Shown: in pieces, positions 58,801 to 64,000 of the stretch
How the letters are laid out: each line of letters begins with the position of its first letter
Position numbering within the stretch: position 1 is the first letter of the stretch
DNA from: Phoronis australis
Lineage: Eukaryota; Animalia; Phoronida
NCBI GenBank assembly: GCA_002633005.1
Contig: NMRA01000380.1
Coordinates: forward strand, 369,131-433,130
Length of the DNA stretch: 64,000 bases
Direction of reading: 5' to 3'
Translations under genes and position numbers: made by a program
The notes under the pieces: generated by a model
The model's database searches: none
Seen by the model: only the letters and a program-made list of their open reading frames with translations
What the model was told of the DNA's origin: nothing

Positions 58801-61502
58801 ATGAAAATCATGAGTCATGTTTGAAATGCACAGAGACAAGTCATATATTAAAAAATGTTGAGCCACCTTTAAAAACTTTGGTCTGGCCTGAGCTAAGCTG
58901 AAAAATAAACATTTTTTTTACATGTAAGTGTTACATCGCACACGGCTGAGTCAGAATTCATGACCTGAACCACAGCGCGAAGCTCAAGTTCTCGACTCTC
59001 GTGTCTGGCCTGGCCAAGCACATATTAATACTCATTACAACGGCAGACACTCGTAAAACAATGATGAGTTAAACAAAGAAAAGGACCACTGTTGTTTAAT
59101 TCTACAATAGTTACCATTAATAAAATGATCGCCGCAGACTCTTGAGCTCTTGGTCGGTTCATCTTTGCGCCCTATGTTTGCCAACCACAACCTCCGTCGT
59201 TCCTCGGTTAACTTTCGAGTGAATTCTCCCTCATGAAGCCTAATCGTAGGAATCGAATGGAATGATCTCTTCATCTTACCGTCATTGCGGTTTGAACAAC
59301 CTCGAACCCAACAGGAATGCACCATTTTGCAAGATTAATTGAAAACACTTCACCCACAGAATACACACAGCCTCACGTACACAACCCCGAAGCTTGCCTC
59401 TAAAGATGGCCGACGGCAACGAAGTGCCCGTATGAATGACGTCACGCGAAAACTAAGTATACTGAAAAGTGGTTGACACATCAGTTGCATTGTGGGTAAT
59501 TACCTAAGTATAAGAGTGACACCGAGAGAGGTTGCCCATAAATACTCACTGGATAGGCCACTTCAATGGTGGTCAAACATTCACAAGCAGTCGATCGCAG
59601 AGTTCGGTCGCAGCCATTGTTAACTTTGGCAACAACCGTCAACAGGACATTCACAAAATTGATAAACAACACAATTTCACCAGTTACCTATAAAATACAA
59701 ACGAGTTCAGTGATATGCATTTGCCCAAAACGTCCAACAAATTAATTTGCAAATTATATCCGGAATTCGTCAGTTTTATAAACTAGTCATGTCAACATCC
59801 AATAAATTCATTTAAAAATTTAACAGAAAAGTGGGACAAAATTCCAATCTCATTGCATAACATTGTAGATGGACTTTAGCTTTGCAGGTGGAAAACCAGC
59901 ATAAGGTCTAGGAAGCCTCAGGAAATTGCTGTTGTGCAGTAGAAGGTTACAGGCCTGGGTACTGTATGGACATTTGGCTAGTAGCATGCATAAAAACCAA
60001 GCCACCAAAAATACACAAATTTGAAGCATTCAGTGAATAGAAATGGAAGATTTTTAAATTGAGCTAAAAAATATATAATTAATTCATATTTTTCAACTAA
60101 CAAAATTGAGTTGTGAATTCGGCTTGCTTCTATTCATTCTGGTTTTTTTCTTCAAACTTAACCAATCATAACCTTACAGTGTCTAGCACAGAAGGGAATT
60201 CAAAATGTCTCCCTTTTACAAAAGGCCAATGGCAACAGGAGTCACCAGTATCACGTGTTCAGTCAACCATGTTAGGTGGCAAGTCTTATGCCAACCTCAA
60301 CCCACCTCTTTCACGCATTCAGACATTAGAACACAATCACCTGAGCTGAGTTATGAGAAAAGTGGCAAAGAACAATACATCAGCATGTAATTGTCTAGCT
60401 GGCAAACATTTTGGCATCATGGTAACTTTGAAGTAAAATACAAGCACCTCGCTAAACTTGTCATCGTTTAAATTGTCAGTCTACTTAAGTAGTCACTTTT
60501 TCTTGGTCCCGATTACTCGCAGATTCAGCTACATGTAAAAGTTTGTGGTCAAGTACCCTAAAAAAATAAATTCTATTTAAGTCATCATTATCTCATCATT
60601 CAAAAGCGGAATCTGTCCTGACACTTGTGTGCAAAATTTTCCCAGTAAGTCGTCACCAATGGCCTTGTGCCGTCATGCATATTCATAACAAGTACGATTG
60701 TGACGGCTTGAGTTCACGTAAAGTAGCCCTCATAGTAACAAGAAATGTTGCAAACAGCAGTCAAAGTCAAACTTCACTCGTATAAAATACGTAGTCTCCA
60801 AAGCAACCTCAGTCATCAACAATGAAACTAAATTCAAAATGAATATCATGACAAAAACAACCTTTATCTAAACTTATCAATCCACACATTTTTTTCATCA
60901 GAAATCAATGATGTGGAAATTGATATACCCAACCACCATCGCTATGCCAATTCATGTATATCGCACCTAAGTTGTCAAAACAACTTGACAGAACTTATCA
61001 CTTGGAAAAGTCATCGCTTTTTCCGCAGTCTTGAAGATGACAAGTTAAGCAAGGCCACTTTTTACCTAAGTTGTCAAAACAACTTGACAGAACTTATCAC
61101 TTGGAAAAGTCATCGCTTTTTTCGCAGTCTTGAAGATGACAAGTTATGCGAGGCCACTTTTACTGACAACATACCACAGCAGCAGTGAAGAATAGCAGCA
61201 TGGGTGCTCAGCATCGTGGGTAAAATATGTGGTATTTCGAAACAGTACAATTAATCATTATTATAGACAGCACTCACAAGTTGATCTGAAGTAATCAACA
61301 GGTTGGTGATGGTGACCAAGATTTGACCCATATAGCAGATGTTGGTGGCTCCATCTGGTGACATCTGAAGGAAGATATCCTGGAGTGAGGCTGTCACTTG
61401 TTCTACACAGTTTGGAGTAGAACAGAGGAGAGAGCTGTACTCTTGTATCAAACCCAGCAGGTGGATCTTGGTCTGCACAGCAACCGTGTCTAAACACAGT
61501 GC
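19670..61502 (-). CDS. AP5B1: AP-5 complex subunit beta-1-like gene, at least 17 exons; first exon(s) not confidently located
   Basis: Collinear matches to remembered AP5B1 motifs: [100 protein letters not shown]...TDNWKVLPL; phases chain correctly except between 45445 and 30323. Confidence 0.9.
20877..20983 (-). CDS. AP5B1: AP5B1 exon
   Basis: [35 protein letters not shown]; phase 2 to 1, AG/GT. Confidence 0.75.
21875..22042 (-). CDS. AP5B1: AP5B1 exon
   Basis: [32 protein letters not shown]...LFSLLWENF; phase 2 to 2. Confidence 0.9.
22661..22721 (-). CDS. AP5B1: AP5B1 exon
   Basis: [19 protein letters not shown]; phase 1 to 2. Confidence 0.8.
23283..23658. mobile_element. Degenerate MITE with ~80-bp terminal inverted repeats
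   Basis: tacgaattttaaaatcag...gtaaacaac..atattgatcgacg..ctctataaa is mirrored by tttatagag...cgtcaatcaatatgttgtttac...ctgattttaaagttcgta. Confidence 0.6.
23891..23926 (-). CDS. AP5B1: AP5B1 micro-exon (36 nt)
   Basis: ttcag|AT TTA TAC ATT TCT TCG TTG ACT ACG GAC AGT GAA G|gtaagt; phase 1 to 1 fits neighbours. Confidence 0.75.
24523..24601 (-). CDS. AP5B1: AP5B1 exon
   Basis: [26 protein letters not shown]; phase 0 to 1. Confidence 0.8.
24994..25138 (-). CDS. AP5B1: AP5B1 exon
   Basis: [12 protein letters not shown]...[14 protein letters not shown]; phase 2 to 0, donor GTAAGG. Confidence 0.75.
26471..26537 (-). CDS. AP5B1: AP5B1 exon
   Basis: [21 protein letters not shown]; phase 1 to 2. 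Confidence 0.75.
28213..28282 (-). CDS. AP5B1: AP5B1 exon
   Basis: [23 protein letters not shown]; phase 0 to 1. Confidence 0.75.
30216..30323 (-). CDS. AP5B1: AP5B1 exon (acceptor 30323 with a 1-nt frameshift, or alternative acceptor 30317)
   Basis: [29 protein letters not shown]|gtgagc, adaptin-type DxxxRDRxxxYY motif. Confidence 0.8.
31229..31628. mobile_element. CCGTA-type MITE, longer degenerate relative of 18709-18865
   Basis: TA|ccgtactcgtccgggttaccgccc ... gggtgttaatccagatgagtatacag|TA; internal gggcgttaaccc / ttaacgccc motifs. Confidence 0.6.
32564..32664. repeat. 28-bp minisatellite, ~3.6 copies
   Basis: aactgtaatgtttaattgccaagcctaa units starting at 32564, 32592, 32620, 32648. 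Confidence 0.9.
34214..39792 (+). CDS. Putative antisense gene interleaved with AP5B1: exons 34214-34337, 34593-34781, 39443-39792(+); type II membrane or secreted mucin-like protein
   Basis: [42 protein letters not shown]|gtagg; phase-1/1 exon [27 protein letters not shown]...PI A|gtgagt; phase-1 acceptor tttcag|AA ACA ACA ACA opens a Thr/Ser-rich frame. Confidence 0.5.
35049..35117 (-). CDS. AP5B1: Probable AP5B1 exon, reading frame ambiguous
   Basis: aatcag|acagaggttcagaaatcctgtca...ttt|gtaagt; one frame reads GSEILS..CIL, a plausible continuation after the upstream W-Q. Confidence 0.5.
35972..36026 (-). CDS. AP5B1: Probable AP5B1 exon
   Basis: Strong acceptor ttttttatag| and donor cag|gtatgt; FLTLL...SQNIVCWQ, phase 2 to 0. 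Confidence 0.55.
36944..38961. mobile_element. MITE with ~70-bp imperfect TIRs, interrupted by a nested element
   Basis: ccagtgtccgattacataaacagttccaaatagggactagactaagttccctgaatc vs reverse complement of right end cctgtgtccggttgcatgaaacagtcccaaatagggactcgactatgttccctaaatc. Confidence 0.75.
37109..38692 (-). mobile_element. Helentron/DINE-1-like non-autonomous element with internal ~410-445-bp tandem array
   Basis: On - strand starts TTTTTATGCGCCCACGG and ends CGTGGGC...CTCTTGTT (subterminal IR GCCCACG/CGTGGGC); unit anchors at 37192, 37600, 38036, 38481. Confidence 0.6.
43735..45300. repeat. Older, more diverged array of the same ~440-bp repeat family
   Basis: Shared motifs cactagggggcac, aaatttcacaaagatcct, aatagaaacc...gtcaaatttcacgaaaat. 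Confidence 0.7.
45445..45534 (-). CDS. AP5B1: AP5B1 exon
   Basis: [29 protein letters not shown]; phase 2 to 2. Confidence 0.85.
46104..46260 (-). CDS. AP5B1: AP5B1 exon
   Basis: [37 protein letters not shown]...HIE; phase 1 to 2. Confidence 0.85.
46993..47128 (-). CDS. AP5B1: AP5B1 exon
   Basis: [37 protein letters not shown]...; phase 0 to 1. Confidence 0.8.
47611..47754 (-). CDS. AP5B1: AP5B1 exon
   Basis: [48 protein letters not shown]; phase 0 to 0. Confidence 0.9.
47876..48085. repeat. ~42-45-bp minisatellite, ~5 copies
   Basis: acaa(t/c)ttg(a/g)gctcacaactaatcacgctactatgttggga repeated. Confidence 0.9.
48452..48526 (-). CDS. AP5B1: AP5B1 exon
   Basis: [25 protein letters not shown]; phase 0 to 0. 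Confidence 0.85.
50832..51047 (-). CDS. AP5B1: AP5B1 exon
   Basis: PLTIPPH...[22 protein letters not shown]...DLSPS; phase 0 to 0. Confidence 0.85.
51496..51681 (-). CDS. AP5B1: AP5B1 exon
   Basis: [10 protein letters not shown]...[15 protein letters not shown]...EPFK; phase 0 to 0. Confidence 0.85.
52573..52724. repeat. Short fold-back element (~150 bp, MITE-like)
   Basis: aatggtctaatataaagtgcccgaattttgagaatcagttt mirrored by aaactggttctcaaaatgagggcatattatatcagactatt. Confidence 0.6.
53214..55454 (+). CDS. Transposon accessory protein: SWIM zinc finger + YqaJ/lambda-exonuclease-like PD-(D/E)XK nuclease, ~543 aa; exons 53214-53798 and 54408-55454
   Basis: [13 protein letters not shown] (CxC..CxH); [39 protein letters not shown]; phase-0 intron AAG|gtaaat...tttcag|GTT. 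Confidence 0.9.
56002..59325 (-). CDS. THAP + HTH + DDE_Tnp_4 transposase, ~498 aa; exons 59115-59325, 58504-58627 (duplicate 57760-57883), 56002-57163
   Basis: THAP: CWVRGC...RRLWLANI...RVCGDHF-G-EP...PDWAPTL; catalytic [21 protein letters not shown]; phases 1 and 2 chain with canonical splice sites. Confidence 0.9.
57489..58813. repeat. N-joined duplicate (57489-58069 / 58071-58813); second copy has a 162-bp insertion
   Basis: N at 58070; both copies start taattgcgattttta; offset changes from 582 to 744; identical 130-aa ORFs. Confidence 0.9.
59550..59687 (-). CDS. AP5B1: AP5B1 exon
   Basis: [46 protein letters not shown]|gtgagt. Confidence 0.9.
60965..61162. repeat. 99-bp tandem duplication
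   Basis: acctaagttgtcaaaacaacttgacag...aggccacttttta twice. Confidence 0.9.
61278..61502 (-). CDS. AP5B1: AP5B1 exon (near N-terminus)
   Basis: [27 protein letters not shown]...[16 protein letters not shown]|gtgagt; phase 0 to 0. Confidence 0.9.
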
Positions 61503-61681
61503 CTGAAGTAAAAAATTCTAAATTAAATTTAATTTAATTCTCCCACAACTGCCAATTCAAAAGGTAATTGTTACTATCACCAGTAGGGTGTTTCTCAAAG
61601 ACCTTTGGCTAAAAACCAGTCTACGAATGGCTTAGGCTGTTTCATGAAATCCGGCTAAGGCTAAGTCACAGAAATCTGTAT

Positions 61682-63856
61682 CAGGGCTCGACATAACGAG
61701 CTGCAGGTCGCATTTGCTACCTGAAATTTGGAAATGCGAGCTGAGATTTTTGTCAGCTGGTATCAAGTCGCAAAATGCGACCTGGAATTTCCAACGAATG
61801 CGAGCTGAATTTTTACAGTTCTCAACAGATACCTGGCAAATACAAAGCAGCTCTTGTTAATCCGACCGTTATTTGGTTGTTGCCAAATCCAAGTTCAAAA
61901 GAACACTAACCGAGAACAGCCCTCCCGATGACTTGTAACCAAGTCGCATGAACATGGGATATGCAGAATCGATGTTTGACGCGTTTCATTGGCTAACACT
62001 TTCGGCCACTTTTGTAAATTCCCGGATTCGCCGAAGAAAGTTTCGGGCCACTGCTTAACACGTGATAAAACTTCACAAAACGACGGTGTTTCTACTAATT
62101 CTTAAGCGATCAACTTACCAAACTTTGTGGTGGACAAAAATGTTTATTTTTCACATAAGATGTCCTTATTACATGTACCAAATATCCAAGACAATATCCC
62201 TAATATCGCAATGCGGCACCGTTAGTGCGCAAGCGGTCCCTTCAGACAATCGTGACTTAGACTGAGATGTGCTTCCCCTTTTTATCGTATTAAGACAGCC
62301 AAAGTGAAAACGACGGTCACGTCTTTACTTTCAGCTGCCAAGAAATTCTCAAACCCTTTACTTGTTTGGCTGGGGCTACGTGCGCGAAATATGATTTGTC
62401 TTTCACACGTTGTTGCCAACGTAAAGTGTAGGTCTACTCCAGCGATTCAAGTGCGTGAACTCACGCGTGCATACAACTTCAAAGAACGGCGACAGTCCTA
62501 AATGAAAGAGTATACCGGCTTGGCTCTGGTTTATTTGAAAATGAACTCAGATTCCCAGCGGTTATAAAAGACCCGATGTCCCGGGACCGATATAACCCAG
62601 AATTGACGTTTTCCTGTTCCGATGTTTCCCGAGGTCGATGTTCTGTAAACCCTGTATTCTATGCCCGTAGTCAGCTATTGCAACTAAACTGGCACTAGAT
62701 GCGAAATTGTGGTTCAAGTTAGCGAACTTTTCATTCTTCTTTACATACACCCCCCCCCTCCCCGGCAACTTTTCGCTCCCCGAACCACCGTCGCCGTCAA
62801 ATGTTCAGACTCCTATAGAAACAACCTTGTTCCGGCTGAAGCGGGCAGTTAAAAACAAAACCATTCCGGGTGGCTAAAAAGGGTACAATGTAGGTGGTAA
62901 CGATATCCAGAAAGTCATCCCACTAGATGGCGTTTGCCTCGCAAAATCGTATTATTATAACGTTTCTTACCATTGCAGCGTTTTAATATCTTATTACCGC
63001 AAACACTGAGGTTAACGACTATGCTCACGCACAAGCCCACTCCCTATCTTTAAAGTGTTTCATAATAAGCGCTCACTGATCTATTAAAAGTCCCCTCTTA
63101 AATGTTGAAAATTTCCAATTAAGCGCCCACAGTTCAAGCTAGCGCCCATCATGGCGCACTACAAACGACCCGCGCGTGTGGTTTAAAATTGTCACGCAGC
63201 TTATGTGGTGTGTCACTTTCATTTTACACAACTTCAGTTTTCAAAAACGTCTTTTCACAATATGTAAAAACCAAATCCCGGCATTGTTTTATCTCTCGGA
63301 AAGGAAGTTAACACCAGTGACATGCGTGTCGTTTTGTGACTGACCTATTTTTCCCGTACTTGGAAGGTATTGAGAAGCTAACTCGCCGTTACCCGAGTTA
63401 GTTTGAATCATTAACGACTTTGATGACAGCCAGTAGCAGGCCAGATCTAACAAAATCCCGGATACTTTTTCAACGGGCATTTTCTCCCTTTTCACATCGC
63501 AAATTTAGCTACTCGAATGCACAAGTCAGTTAGAGAGCACTGATTCAACTTTCACGTCGGCAACTTGCCTTGCGCTCTAGAGTCTTTCAATGGCGGTCGT
63601 GAAGAACAGTAAGGCCGTACCTGCATGAATGAAGTCAATTTTGAGATCCGAAAGTTGTGAGTATTTAACTATGCAGGTAAGAGCATAATCTAAACATTTT
63701 CTCGATGATCTAAAAAATCTATTTTGGCGCGTAAAAATGGCGGGAAAATTTTGCGACCTGGCATTTACGAATGCGAGCTGGATTTTGAAAATGCGACCTG
63801 GGATTTTGGCTAGGTCGCAAAATGCGACCTGGCGATTTTAATAGCGTCGAGCCCTG
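61682..63856. mobile_element. Non-autonomous hAT-like element with 11-bp TIR and 5-bp TSD (hAT5-like)
   Basis: TGTAT|CAGGGCTCGAC ... GTCGAGCCCTG|TGTAT; subterminal (A)ATGCGA(C/G)CTG and GGTCGCA repeats at both ends; no transposase ORF seen. Confidence 0.85.
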
Positions 63857-64000
63857 TGTATACAACTCAAGGTAAAAAGACAGAAATCCTTAACCTACTC
63901 AGGAGTAGACTAAAAGCCAAAGCTAAAGGAAAAATAAACGCTTGTTACCTGAGAGTGTATATGTAAAGTAATCCCCAGGCCCCAGGGCTCGTATTTGGAA

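Larger units (their letters stand above)
53102..59459. mobile_element. Complete ISL2EU/IS4EU-type (PIF/Harbinger-related) autonomous DNA transposon in an AP5B1 intron
   Basis: TA|TACATAGTTTTCTCGT ... ACGCGAAAACTAAGTA|TA termini; second IR block 53150-53170 / 59390-59410 (20/21 match); two convergent spliced genes (THAP-DDE transposase, SWIM-YqaJ). Confidence 0.9.

Noticed and set aside
57675-58811. Two identical 130-aa ORFs as a duplicated gene
   Set aside because: Only the 124-nt core is transposase exon 2; the rest is intron read-through in a probable assembly duplicate
63949-64000. Possible upstream AP5B1 exon ending CAG|GTAACA
   Set aside because: Phase-0 translation (SKYEPWGLGITLHIHSQ) shows no convincing similarity and is cut by the window edge

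Overview
AT-rich, intron-rich eukaryotic (invertebrate-like) genomic DNA; most short ORFs in the track are noise. Left to right: (i) first coding exon of a flavin-dependent amine oxidase (- strand, ATG 5531), head-to-head with (ii) a spliced ~215-aa gene on + (5892-17972) that I cannot name; (iii) a long multi-exon AP-5 complex beta subunit gene (AP5B1-like, - strand, 19670 to at least 61502), reconstructed from GT/AG sites and phase, with an uncertain middle part; (iv) a probable antisense gene interleaved with AP5B1 (signal anchor + Cys-containing + Thr/Ser-rich exons, 34214-~39850); (v) a complete, apparently intact 6.36-kb two-gene DNA transposon of the ISL2EU/IS4EU (PIF/Harbinger-related) type at 53102-59459. 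It has a TA target duplication, bipartite TIRs, a spliced THAP+DDE transposase and a convergent spliced SWIM-finger + YqaJ/lambda-exonuclease gene, and its reconstructed empty site is a CTCF-like motif; (vi) several non-autonomous elements (hAT-like with 5-bp TSD, a Helentron/DINE-like element carrying arrays of CTCF-like motifs, CCGTA-ended MITEs), tandem repeats and two N-joined duplications that are probably haplotype artefacts. Homology calls rest on remembered family motifs, not database searches.
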